NCBI RefSeq assembly: GCF_000150275.1 | Contig: NW_002060964.1 | Location: 858,975-922,974, forward strand | From: Trichoplax adhaerens | Taxonomy: Eukaryota; Animalia; Placozoa | Length of the DNA: 64,000 nucleotides | Direction of reading: 5' to 3' | Part shown: positions 50,663 through 64,000 of the stretch, one piece after another | How positions within the stretch are numbered: the first letter of the stretch is position 1 | How the letters are laid out: each line of letters starts with the position of its first letter | Program-made: the position numbers and the translations under genes | The notes under the pieces: model-generated | Databases searched by the model: none | The model's input: the letters and a program-made list of their open reading frames with translations, nothing else | Told to the model about the DNA's origin: nothing

Positions 50663-53600
50663 CTAGAAGGATATTAAAGTCATCTGTTATGTTAAACTTA
50701 GATGAAATTGATTTTGAAGAATTAGAAATAATATAGCTTAAAAATTTGCTCAACTTCATCATTTTAGATTAATTAGGCAATCATAATTATTGCAGCTTCT
50801 TCAATACTTTGCTAAAGATATTTCAAATTCACTAGAATTCTATTTTCGATTCAAAATATCCATCAAGTAGAAACAATGATAAACAGATTGATGTAAGTAG
50901 TTGCTATAATGAATAATTTCATTGCGTTTAAATTCAGAATTTTTTTCAATAGTCATAGTACTCTATTAAGTACAAGGTATTCTAATATGTAATTGGTAAA
51001 AGATATTTTGGACAATCATTGATTAATATTAGACCTTTTTATACCGATCTAGACATTAATCGTAAGGTATTACAATGTTTTACTGACAAAATGGAGGCGC
51101 TAAAGTAGCTAATATAATTAGAATAAGATTTTTCTGAACTTTACAAAAAAAATACTTCATGAATATTCCTAATTTCATATTTGATAGTCATAAAACATGA
51201 TTTTTGAGAATGATTTTCAAATCAAATAAATCCAACCTCATTGTTAAAAAGCACCAAAATCTGCTCATAAACTTTTCCGGTGAATATAAGATTTTTGGCA
51301 TACATAACATGGTTTTATTGAAATAAATAGGCATATTATTGCCAAGAAAATCAGATATGAGTCAAATAATCCATGTGATTGATTTATGATAGTCCATAAC
51401 CTGTAATTGCCGGTACTGTAGCAGCTATCTACTAATACTGTAATTTAATAGAGATTCATTTACAATGACATAGCTAAAATAACTTTTATCTATCAATCTC
51501 AACTACATAAAAGTTATAAAGGAATTGTTAAAATTGCTTACAATTCTCAATCAATTTAATTAGTCTGTATCATAACATTTTACTTTCTGGTACGGACAAA
51601 GCCAATAGCTAACTAATTTCTAGCTAATCTGTAGGCTGAATTGAAACAGATCAGTAAAACCGTAGCTGCAATAATTTTGAAGGAAAAATGAAGCTTGACG
51701 ATATGAGTAAGAATTGTTTAAAATTTTAACATGACTGAATTAAATTAAATTTTTTACATCATTTGCTAATCAAATAGTCCATCTATGTGGATGAGTTATA
51801 TTTCCTAGCTACACGTAATTACTACTGAGTAATCCCTGCAAAAATGAAATTAATCGACAAAATGACGGCGAAATCAATTTTAACCAGATTAATCTCAAAA
51901 ATATATGCCTGAATCATTAGAATGATTACCGGTAGATGATTAAATCCAATACTTTCACCAGTTTGTAATTCAAATATTGAATCTATGTGATTAACTTTGT
52001 TTTCTCGATACGTATAATGCCGTTAGATAATTAACTGCTAACTCATCCCTACAATAACTGAAACTGATTAATTATCAAAACAATAAAAGAATTAATTTGG
52101 ATGCAGTTAATTTTGATGGTATAGATAAGAATATTGTAAACATCGCTAAATCTTATTTAATACTTCTAACCAGGAAAGGCAATATATCAATTAATAGATC
52201 TATGTAATTAAATCTTGATAATATTGTAGTGTTTACTTCTAAATACGGCGTAGTCCATTTAAAGTGAAACGCTAATTTCCACTAGACTGTAACATAACTC
52301 TAAATATGCTTAACTTATATTTAGCAAATTTACACGGTGGAAATCTCTTAGACTCTAGCTAGATTATGCCGTAGTATTACCCTTACATAGAAGTAACATA
52401 TTATTATGAATCATCCGTGTCTATAAGTAATTTCCTCCTGCTATGCTCTTAATGTAATAAAAGCTATCTTCTTTCGCCAATTTCATTAGTTAGTTCTGGT
52501 AGGTGCACGGTAAGCTTGCACGCTTTACCTATTCTACACTACTATAGTTATTCGACTAGTCACATCGTTACCTGCACGATAATCTTACACGATTATTCTC
52601 TTTCACTAGCTCAATAAGGATTACTCTTCTATTAACTTTTCTATTGTAATTTATTGCGACTAATGTCGAACTCTCAACCTTCGGCAACATCACAGATATA
52701 ATGTCTTTATCAGCTGATTGCTAATTAGCCGTACAGTGCTTAAGTTGAAAATTGATTGACAGGAAGATAGCATAATTAATTAATCTAATCCTAAAAAAAC
52801 ATAAAAAGATATTCATTATCAAGGCCAAGTTCAGTACACTTAATATAAAATGCTTATCTACTGAATAATAAACTAAAATATGACTAGTTTGACCTTAAAT
52901 TAAATAGCGTTGTGATTGCTGTATAAATTGATAAATGAAACTTCCTATATACATGCCAAATTATAATTAAAAACGTGTTTATCTTCATACTTTTACTCAA
53001 ATGTAATAAATACTGTGGAACGTAGATATTACGAGATATAAATTTATATACTACTAGTATTGCGGTTTTATTAAGAAAAGCGAATAAAACTTATAGGTAT
53101 ACGAAAAAATTTAAATTAAATTCGAATTTCAATTTCTCTTATGATAAGTATATCTCAAGTAACGCGAATGGCATCAGCAACTTTTACAGTCTTGGCAACT
53201 AAAAAATTGTATAAAGAAGCTAATATGCAAGGATATCACTGCCATGTCTAAGAGACAATCCTTTTTACTAGAAAGCGAACTATATAAGTGAAACTTAAAC
53301 GCCCCGCACGAGATCTATATATGGTACTCGTAAATTTACTCATGAAACTGTAGAAATGGCTGATTTCATTCAGGATACTAGATAATATACGAGTATATCG
53401 TAAGCGCTTAAAAATGAGGACATTGAATCAATATCATCCTATTCAGACGATTTATCTCATGCAAAATGATAAGCTACTCAAGCAGTGCTCGTTTTAATTA
53501 GCTAAACTAGAAAAATTTTTAAGGTAATCTCAGCCGTCTCTGCATCGTTATTTATGAATGAAAAATTTCCATTCGTGTTATTCCTGGACATGTCACTCTT

Positions 53601-56298
53601 CAATCTGTATTCTATGATTCTTTTTCGCTATTACTAATGTAACTAGTAGCTTGGATTTCAATTATTGACAGATGCAGGATAACAAGGCAAGATATTAAAG
53701 TATATTATGAAAGAAATTTAAGTAATTTTAAATTATTATAACTTGATGTGGCATTATTATCGAATCAACTGATAGCTCTAACTATAACATATTTAAATAA
53801 TTGTTAAACGATTTTTCTCGCTCCTGAATACTGTTTTACAATAAAGTAAACAATTTAGTGTAAATCTTTAAAATTATTTCATATATTAACATAGCAAAAA
53901 TTGCGCTAAAACATGAAAAGTGATAGGCTTTATAAGATTTATTACTTATGATAATATTAAAGGCTTGATCATCTACTTAGCAGATTAATAAATTAAAGCA
54001 TGATCAATTTAACCAAGAATTCATCTGACCTATATTATAAGTTGTTTCAGCTTTAGTGAGAACTTTAGAAAGAGGGCGATTTCCTTGATAAATCAGAAAA
54101 ATTATTAACGTGTTCCAAATTGGTACGGACATAACTTTTCTGACTGTAGATATCCCAAATTCTACCGATGGTGAATGTAAACCAGACGCTTTGCAAGCGA
54201 TGTCTTATAATAGAGATCTAATCAAGATTTATATTTTAATAGCTTATCGAAACTTTCTCTTAATTTTATTTCGAATCCATACAATATCTCCTATTGATAT
54301 CAAAGAAAATGTTTAAATATTGAAATGTAAAAAAAGCAATAAATTAATAAAATCCTATTCATGGACTATAATGGACATATCACCATGACCTTTCCTTTAC
54401 CCAATCAAGCATGACTCAATATCATATATTTAAGATATTCTGTATAAGATTGAGTATCATATCATAGACAGTAATTAATCAAAGATATTTAATCCTTTAC
54501 TTAGTTCACTAATCAAACCCTGCTATTGTCATTTTTTTCAATTAATTTTTATTGAAGAAACAAGAATGGACATGAATAAAAGCCAATACTATGTATTTAG
54601 CAGACGCTTTCTTACGGCTTAAATAGCACTAGGAAGACAATAGTTTAGATTGTATTTTATCTTGCGGTCCATGACTAGACAGAATGGTTCAGCCATTCTT
54701 AAGGGAATAATTATGCAACTCCATAGTACTATTTTATACATCAACGTAATGGTAAGAAAGTATTTTTGATTACCGCCAAAGTATATTTACTGTCAACTTC
54801 AAAGCTATAGAACAGATCTATATTTTACTATATGTCCTCTTATCACATGAAGCGTCAACTACCTCCTATGTATATAGTATATCTCGAAGAATATTACATA
54901 GCAATATATCTTAAAGCAGTAATATATATGTTATATATATTTTGAAAGTGAAAAGAGATATCATAATCACTACTAAAATTTTAACTGTCAGATAAGGTTA
55001 TAGACTATAAGACAAATATTTAGTCATTATTCGGCGACATAGAAGAATTAAAAATCAACGCAAACTAATAAACTTGATATGTACAGATGTTTTCAGAAAT
55101 TTAGAGCTCTCAAATTAATTCATTTTTAATCCTTTCTAGAGTTATTTGACGTTGCATTAGACTTTATCATTATTGCCTACTGATACATTTGACTCTGTCA
55201 TCTAGCTCCTAATGGTACTTAAATTAATGCTATAATATTTTAGTAAGGTGCTCTAAAATCGAAGTTTTTATTCAATTGAATGAGAAGTGATCAATTGAAT
55301 GTTTTAGTAAGGCTAATTATTTAGATATGACTACTGTAGATGCTTTTGAGGCACTCTTTTGGACTGCAATAAAGTGCCAGATTATTGAATTTTAACTCTA
55401 GCAATCAAAAGCTGCAACATTTTTCTAACACTACGTATCAGATTCTTTAATCTATTGGATTATAGTATATCTGGTACCCTTTCTATTAAAATCTTGAAAT
55501 AAGAATGGCGTGGAGAATTATAATTAAGCAGAAAATTTAAGCTAGAGCGCTGTTAGTTAAATATCATGGGGTATTTTAAGTAACCAAATAGCTTACATTT
55601 ATAACGGGTGTGTGAATAGTTGCAATCTGATATGCATAAACGGAGAGATAGAGATGATAATGAATTTACCGCATTTATTTTTCCTTTCAAATCTTGTTTT
55701 CCTAATCTAAATTTTGATCACATTAAACTTCAATTATAATACGTTCTATATCTATCAGTACATTTTTACTACAAGTATAATCAGTAATATTGCAATGGAA
55801 ACTTCTATTTCGGATCCGAAAATTTGACTCAAGAGGATTATATACTACATGCATATGTTTTGCAATTTGATTTCTGATAATCTGTGCTTTGCAATGATAC
55901 AGCATCCATAGGTAATTTTGCTTGTAACAGGCACAACTCAATGCTTTTTTTATGAGAGATTTGGTTATCGAGCTCTGATATGATATGAAAACCGAATTAA
56001 AATTCGAAATGAATTCTAACTTATCAAATCCTGATAAAGAAACAAGATTATGATGTGTTAAAATTACAATTATCGTATGCAATCTTTCCTATATTCCCCA
56101 AAAAACCTTGATCTATTCATATGGAAATATCCCTTCTAGTTTATAAAGATGTTTAACTCTCATCAAAGAGACTATATCGAACATATTTGAAGCACGCATT
56201 AGTACCTTTGACATTCTCGATTTTATTGTTACTTATTATCCAAACATTCGAATATGATCCGATATTTATCAGTGATGTATAGGTAAACTCAACTGTAC

Positions 56299-59200
56299 TT
56301 AAATCATAGTTGAGCCCTTTCTGCTACCTATCTGGTAAAGATCTTTGGAATTTAATTCATCTACTTTAGTCCTGTAAGATAGATCTGACAATAAGTCATC
56401 CAAAACATATCGAAGCCGCTGTTTCATGGCCCTCTCAAATGACATCACCTAATGGTATAAGCAAAGGGAAGATTACTAGAAGTACTGCATCAAAAAGATT
56501 ACATCCAAGTTTTATTCAAGGCCGTAATACGAGTATTGACTAAAGGTCACTAAATGGGTTAGTAATCAGATAATACTCTCTTACTCTCGTGCTAGTACTT
56601 CGTGTATCTTTAATTGCAGCTACAATCCATTCTATAAATAGTATAGCAAAGCTGAATCCAATTGCAGCTAGCAGCATGTAAAATACCCCTGCAAGATTCT
56701 CAAATTTTATAGGATCATGGCTTGAAGCTTGCGCATTATTCTTACATTTTCCATCAATCCTGCAGTAGAAGAACAGATTAGAAATGTATCTCGTTGCTAA
56801 ATATTATTTGCATACTATCACATTTATTTGGACTTGAAACTTAAAAATCTATCAGCAGCCTAAATACCATTTTGCTTTCAGCTTATCTAGATATCCTAAC
56901 TCGTTTAGTTTCAATATCTGCATATTAATTTCTTCCCAATAAGGTGATCCTTTTGGCACTGCTAGACTTAATCTGTCTATTTTAAATTTTCCAATGGTAG
57001 TCAAGTTACAGTACTTACTTTGGGCATAGCTAAGCATTGTAGCACCTCCAATGAAAGCATACTGCTCATTTTTACTGGTCAGTACACGTTGAATGCCATC
57101 CTCAGTAGTAATCACATTTTTTAGATTTTTTTTCATTTCTTGATAGGGCGATATTGTAGTTTTTGAGAAGAAAGATTCATAGCTGCTATTAGCTAGAACA
57201 CCGTAATTCAAGTCTGGATTTCTAGCTAGATCCTGTAAGGAACTGAAGGCTAAATTAATTCAACAAAAAAGTAAAAATAAGAATGATAGCGTTCAATTCA
57301 TATTCATCAATTAGACAGGATAATAGCGATGTCATTATTAGTCATCATAAATTATTTTTAGCAGGATTGTAATTGTTACTTAAGCTTACTAGTATGTAAA
57401 CTGTTAATTGTTAAGAATGCAGTTAAATTTGCAGTATAAGTTGCTGTAATGATGACGGAAGCAAACCACCAAATTGCAGTAATTAAACGCGCAGATATCG
57501 ATCTTGGGGTCCTATCAGGTCCTTGTAATAAAATTGAAGCCAATGCATACCATAAATTATTACTAAATGAAAATACTTCTGATTCTGATTCTTTCTCTAT
57601 TTGCCAATATTTATAACTGTTCTGTAATCCATTTTCCATGTGTTTACTTTTGTTTGAGGCTCTCAATCTGTATATAGCTCTACCATAATAATCAAAAGGA
57701 CTCCAGCGATTCATACAGGTAATCACTGCTGCTACGATAATCATTGATATCAAAATACCGATCCAAACTTCAGTTTTAAGAGGAGAGAATGCCTGAAATA
57801 AAGAAGCTGGTTGAGTTGCTTTGGTTGCTGTTAAAATGGTTAAAGCTTCATCAAGGAAGGGCATAGTAAAATCTATAATTTGCTGGCGTTCAGGAGTAAT
57901 AGACAATGGTGCAGCACCAATATCGGTTTGCTATTAGAAAGAATCCCATAAGTAAGATTTAAAAATTTTGTCAAAATACAGTATTGTATTACACTTATAG
58001 CAATCTACTAAAGAAGAGCTACATAATAACTAATAGCTCCTTTTGCATCTCAAATAGCCTAATGCAACACAGAATTATCCTATAAAATATTAAATGTGTA
58101 TATTATTAGCTGAAAAGTCATAAATCAACATTTATGTTAATTAGCTGTGATGAAAATGATATGCAACTTTTGCAACGATTGCTTAGAAATCTTCACAGGC
58201 TACTATGCTACTTCGAGGCTTTTATTATTATCAACATCAACAGCTACTAATCTTCTCGACTACTGTTTCATGATTAATAACGAGTACTTTAAGGTACTAT
58301 AATTGACACACGAAGCCAGATAAGAATTAACACATACTCGTACATTATCAAATATCATGTAAATGTTAACATAAACTCTGATATTCACCCCATTAAGTAT
58401 TTCGCCAATAATTCCTGACCATGTGAAGGTACCATTAACACTGATTTCAGTACCATAAAAACCGTCCGCAACTACTCTCACGTTATACGAAAAATTTAAA
58501 TTTCTACTAATTTCATCCATTAAATCGATGATATATCCTTTATACTTTTTACCAGTAATAGCATAATCATTATCTATCATTATGAATGGAGCGCTCTAAA
58601 ATAAAATAACAAGAAAATTACAACAAAAGATATTTAATAGCTTATTAACGAGTTTATAAAGGAATGCCAATATCGGGGATAATACATAATAAAAATAATA
58701 GCAGCTACTCCATATCGACTGCTCTACCTTTCTGCCATCTCCTTCACAATAATTACTACTAAGAATTAGTAATAGAACAGGTAAATATTTTACGAGACCA
58801 CGTAATGGATTGTTTTGGAGATCAGTTAGCTGCTATATGTAAGTACTGCGTAGCCATGAAAGAGGAACCAATATTTTTAGACTACGAAAATCTCTACAAT
58901 TGAATATCCTTACTAGCAAAGCTATTTCATCAAACATTCAGTATCTTTTAATGATTCTTATGCATTTATGTCTATATACTGTAGTACTATTGCTTTTCAT
59001 TTTCAATAGCAATTTCCAATTATCATTACAAGAAATAATCTGATCTGCATCTACTACATATTATAATTTTATACTTAAAGCTAGTAGTCTTACCAAAATG
59101 ATTGTTGCAGTGAGATTTTTGCCACTGATGAAGGAGCCAGAGTCACTTATACGGTTAACTCCCTCGAGAAAATAGGTTCGATCGTGATCTAGACTTAAGC

Positions 59201-62200
59201 TATGATGGTTGCTCCAATTTCCAACCTAATTCATAGAAAAAAGAGTAATAACCAACTCTCGGTTATGTAGCTTAGATTTAATGCGATTTATATTAATTTT
59301 ATGATCGTGCTAATTATTACCTGAGCCCAAGTTTCACCATGTAAATTCACAATATTATAGTTAATATAAGCCGGACCACCATCAGAAGTAAAATTAATAG
59401 ATAGCATCGTGGATGGACCAGAAGCCTAGAATAGGGAAATACTCATGGATAAGAAATGCTCGCTCATTTATTGCGATATATTGTATCAAAGATTTCAACA
59501 ATTATTATTAGACTAGATATTTTTTAAGAGGCATAATTTAATCACCAATTAGAAATGCGAGAAATAGCATGCAATTTCACATCTATACCTTTTTAATAGA
59601 TTTAAATACTTGGTTACCGTCTACCCATGGGATCGGATTCGTTCTAGTACATACTAATTTTTTAGTTTTTATTTGCTTTTTTTCTTTTAGCATGGTTTGA
59701 ATTCCATAGCCAACGGCCAAAACAGAATCAAAATATTGAAGGTAGAGTGACTAAACAGTACACCGATAAAAATTCTATCATGGATGTGCATCATAAGATA
59801 AAATCACATTATCATCGGATCAATGATTTTACTAATACATGGATCTGAGCATTATCAAGAAGACAATCTAAAATGAATTCACTCTTATCAGGTAATAGAT
59901 TTTCGAAATGCTGCAGGTATATAGGTAATGATACGTTGATAAATATAATATCAAATAGGAACAAATTCAGAATGAAATCTCGTCCTTATCAGATTGATGA
60001 CAGTAGCTAAATAGGAATATAAGTAATACCGAGAGAAGACACATGTAATGTAACTTAGTATTGTGATTGTAGACTGTTAGCCATGTGTAGTATAATGTAC
60101 GGTAGATATTTATCCTAAGAGATATTTGGTAGCTGTAACTATAGACTGTAGTGGTAGAGACGCTATGCTAGAGTACAGATGGCTATATACAGTAAGCTGT
60201 TGAGTTACTAATATGGCTATAGGTAAAAATAGAACTGTAAATCATATATTAGGATATGGTTAATTCATTGTACTTTGGCTGGTGTGAATAATGTCTACGT
60301 AAGTACTGTAGTCGTATCCATATTGGATTAATGATGGTCCGCAATAGAATAGTCTTACTAAGAATAATTTAACTATGTGTAAAATAAGGTAAAAGGTTGC
60401 CATGCGGATTGTAGCTGCGAATGCTACGGAAAGTATAAAAGCATGCAACTTTAGATTATTCTGTTAGTTCGTTCTAGAAGTCTTTAGTAGTAGTATTCGG
60501 CTAGAGTAGAGCTGTGTAGTTAATCTATGTATAAGATTCAATAAAGCCCTTATTTTTCTAAAATTTGGAATTTCGTGATTGGTATATATCACAACACAGT
60601 ATTAAATAAAATCATATCCTGATCAGACTTTCTGTTATTTTTTCTAAATATTAAAGCTGTGATAATGATCAAAGAATGCATCGATAAATATATTATCAAG
60701 AAATTTACTAAGATATGGACTGTATACTAAAATAAGCTGCATAAATATAGAGAGCAGAATAATAATTTTTCGTGAATTAGTAATCACGATTATATTTATT
60801 GGAAGTAAGTTGCTATGTGGAGCGGAAATAAATCTGAATCTATTTTAAATCATTACTTAATATTTTAAATACCGGTACCTCAATACTTTCATTGTATCGA
60901 TGATAATATTTAGTGAATACGCTTTGATATAATTGTCCTTGTCTGCTATGATATTTCAAGCCAATTAAACCATTCAGATTGGAAGGTAAACTATGCACCT
61001 AACAGCAGCATAAGTACGCCTAATAGTTACATCATTAATTTTATTAATCTTGATTACTAATAATGAATACACTTTTATTCACAGATTGCCGTACTCAAGT
61101 TCTGCTCTAATATTAGGCGTAAGATCGCATGATTAAGCAGCTAGCACTACTATTATTGCCCATAATGTTAATCAATTCCAATGGCAATGGCAAATAAATG
61201 ATATGCATTAATGAAATTGTCTACAAAAAATGTTAAATTGATGACAATCACTAGTTCTACGTAATAAGTAAATTTCTTAGCTTCCCGATACAATCCTAAA
61301 ATTAAACCCGGACTGCACCTCTGAGGTTGTCGCATCAACCATAATCCAACACCATCCCCTTCCCATCATTTCCATCCTATGTGCATATTTAAAAATTTCC
61401 AATGCTTGAGACGTTAGACACTTTACGATCACAATTCTGGAGCCTAAGAAGAATGAAAGTATCAAAAAATCTAATTACAATTTCTACTTAGCTCAAAAAT
61501 CAAATATATCGTGTCATTTTGAGCATTCTTTGCTTTACAATAAGTGTACACTAAGGTATATATTTGGGACGCATATCGTCGAAGAAAATAATGTAGCGAG
61601 TAATTCTATATTTTCAATTAGTTATCATATTATGTGTGATATTGACATATTCGAGCACAAGACATGTATATGATAAAAATTTTGAACTCGTTAGCTAATT
61701 TAATCCTATACCGATATTGACAATATGAGACGTTGCGAAATTACTATCGATTTACACGATTTGTTCAATTACTTTACTCTATGTTAAACTCTATTAATAC
61801 TAAAATTCATATCACTATTATACTACATCGATACCAAACAATATTTCCTTGTAGCAGCATTAATACCTAAAAGGCCGTTCACGGTTTCATGTCTTTAATC
61901 AATCTTTTACATAATCTAAATAAGAATTACCTGACATTTTAATATTTTGCAGATTAGCTTTAATTTCCAGTGCATTGCCGACCTTATCTACTTTAAAGCG
62001 TTCGAAGGCTAGAATCTTCCATGATTTACTAGATGCAATTTCTCGAAATTTTGATAGAACATCGATACCTATTTCAGAATATGTCATGTAGACAGGGAAA
62101 AAAATTTCAATACGAAAAACTGTATAGTTGTTGATAGGTAAAGTTAATCAATCTTAATAAATAAAAATGGTTTAGCTATTTAGCATCACCATTTATAATG

Positions 62201-62837
62201 TAAGATAATTAGTATACAGAATATACATTATGGTTATATTATCAAAATCAGAAAATTTTTAATTGTAAACTAGATTGTGCTATTCTTTCAACTTATGAGT
62301 AGATATTCATCGTACCAGAGTCCGCATAAGATGCTAATAGAGCCATTTTAGTCCAACCATAATACTCAATAAAAGAAGCAAGGGCCTTACTTTTGGCAGT
62401 AGATACTGGAAGCATTCGAAGTAAGAAATTATAATTTGGACTGTTAACTAGATTTGCATCTACTGTATTAGGTGCAATGTGCGGCATATGCAACTTTGAG
62501 CAAGCAATTTGAGTTCCGACAGCTGCACTTGGAAGTATTGGTCCGATGATAGCTACAACTCCTTCCTTCATGGCATCACATGCTATTTTCAGATCGAAAT
62601 TAAGATCAGTCAAAATACGTCTATCTTTAAATAATCATAGTGTCTGTTTTAATGCAATCTACTTTCACTCACCTTTATGGAAATTATCGTATGGGCTATA
62701 TAAGTCTGCGATATGAAATGATGCGGATATCTTGCTGTGATTCAACTTAATATCATCAATCTCATTACTATTAATCATATCTAGAGCTAATTGAACAGCT
62801 CGTTCTATTTTATTATATCTCGCAGGTAGTAGAATCC
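56299..62837 (-). CDS. Ionotropic glutamate receptor-family subunit B (tandem paralog of A); signal-peptide exon not located
   Basis: Exons 62837-62673, 62582-62316, 62068-61931, 61443-61319, 60998-60879, 59750-59589, 59425-59321, 59225-59094, 58595-58389, 57930-57390, 57249-56868, 56759-56585, 56448-56299. Intron positions and phases match gene A. APLSITPERQQIIDFTMPF, TYTANLTAFLT, FENLAGVFYML, tail ...RKGSTMI*. Confidence 0.95.
60044..60589. repeat. Dispersed approximately 550-bp repeat, copy B, within an intron of iGluR B
   Basis: Highly similar to 30835-31382. Lies between exons 60879-60998 and 59589-59750. Confidence 0.9.
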
Positions 62838-64000
62838 CTACATGATGAGCGAAATAAGAGACTTATTTACGAATACAAGCTTATACAGGCATACTAATAT
62901 GCAGTATAGCAGTGAAATATAACGCTAATAATACTCGAAAGGATGACTGAATTAAATTCTCTTTTAATGCTATTATGTGGTCTCTAAATCCATTGCAATA
63001 CTAACGATTTATCAATAACATGAAAAATTTATTGATCAATACTGTAGCTCCGGTATTTTAATGGACTGTAGATAATTGTATCTCTTGAATAAAATCAGAA
63101 TTTCTGTATCGTAGAAATCTTGTCTAACTTTCCGATACTAAAATTATGAGATAATGAAAACAAAGCAAGAAATAATTTAAAGTCTTTAGTTACAGTGCTC
63201 ATCTAGAAAACTAAATATGCTTATAAGTTATTAAAATTAATAACCTAATATGTATGATGCCAATCCGGTCTAAATTATACAAAATCACTAAATTACAGCA
63301 AATAGCCTGCAACTAAAAGCCAGAATAGATCTGGTACTTGTAATAAGTTATTATCGAGTTAGCCTATTTACAGTATCATACGCTAATGCTAGATCAAATT
63401 AAGTAATTCAGTCATTCATTAATTCAAACATTACGTAAACAGATAGAATACTGTTTAGACGCATGCAATTATTAGCATTGTAGGTAAGTTTATTATCTGC
63501 TTTATTACATTATAATAAAATTCACATAAAAGCAAAGGTAGCTAAAGTATTCGACAACTTAAATGCATTAGTACCAATAGCTGGCAAAGTACGGTAATGT
63601 ACATAAGATTTTGTTGTTAACCGATTATTATTAACTGATAATTTTTTATTTTTTTACGATATTAAAACTTTACTATTAAAATGCTTTAAGTAATAGGTAC
63701 AATAAAATACCAAAATATCTATGAAGGATATAATAATTAATTTAGAAATTAATTTGCGAAAACATTCTTCAACACTTTTCAAACCACAAATATAACGTCA
63801 GAATAATTAAAACTCTGTAATATCATACAAAGCATATATTTAAAAATCACAGGTACATAATATACGGCAAGTTTCATTAACGATTATGACCTTATTTATT
63901 AGCCATTGAAAAAATACCCCTTTTCTCATATACCGTAGTCAAATAACAAGCTCATCGGCTGACAATCTCTTAAATTCGACTTATGGAGTAATAAGGCACC

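Noticed and set aside
50663-50762. ATG at 50762 as the start of iGluR A
   Set aside because: It encodes no hydrophobic signal peptide, and an acceptor at 50663-50664 matches the one in paralog B. The true first exon is probably upstream and was not located.
55723-56082. 119-aa - strand ORF downstream of iGluR B, and other short intergenic ORFs (3106, 14799, 22692, 23884, 29626)
   Set aside because: They have no recognisable motifs or splice context and are consistent with chance ORFs. The ORF at 29626 overlaps the real last exon of copy 4 in another frame.

Overview
AT-rich, intron-containing animal DNA. The compact introns and gene content suggest a placozoan such as Trichoplax, but this is an inference. 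Bases 1-42 kb hold a head-to-tail array of five + strand ADAM/reprolysin (M12B) metalloprotease genes, the first truncated by the window edge. Their architecture is signal peptide, prodomain, furin site, HExGHxxGxxHD zinc motif with Met-turn, disintegrin, Cys-rich and EGF domains. Unlike canonical ADAMs, none has a transmembrane helix followed by a cytoplasmic tail. All five end in a Ser/Thr-rich stalk plus a GPI-anchor-type C-terminal signal. The stalk is built differently in each copy: a 53-aa exon, an approximately 380-aa (ATTQ)n minisatellite exon, a deleted exon, no detectable exon, or seven symmetric in-frame micro-exons. Bases 43.4-63 kb hold two tandem - strand ionotropic glutamate receptor-family genes with 13 matching exons each. 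They have unusual pore (S or L at Q/R/N), gate (TYTANLTAF) and ligand-pocket residues, and both end in class I PDZ motifs. The spacers contain MITE-like elements, a candidate solo LTR, a dispersed 550-bp repeat, local tandem duplications and possible GPCR relics. Exon coordinates were read manually from GT/AG sites and reading-frame continuity.
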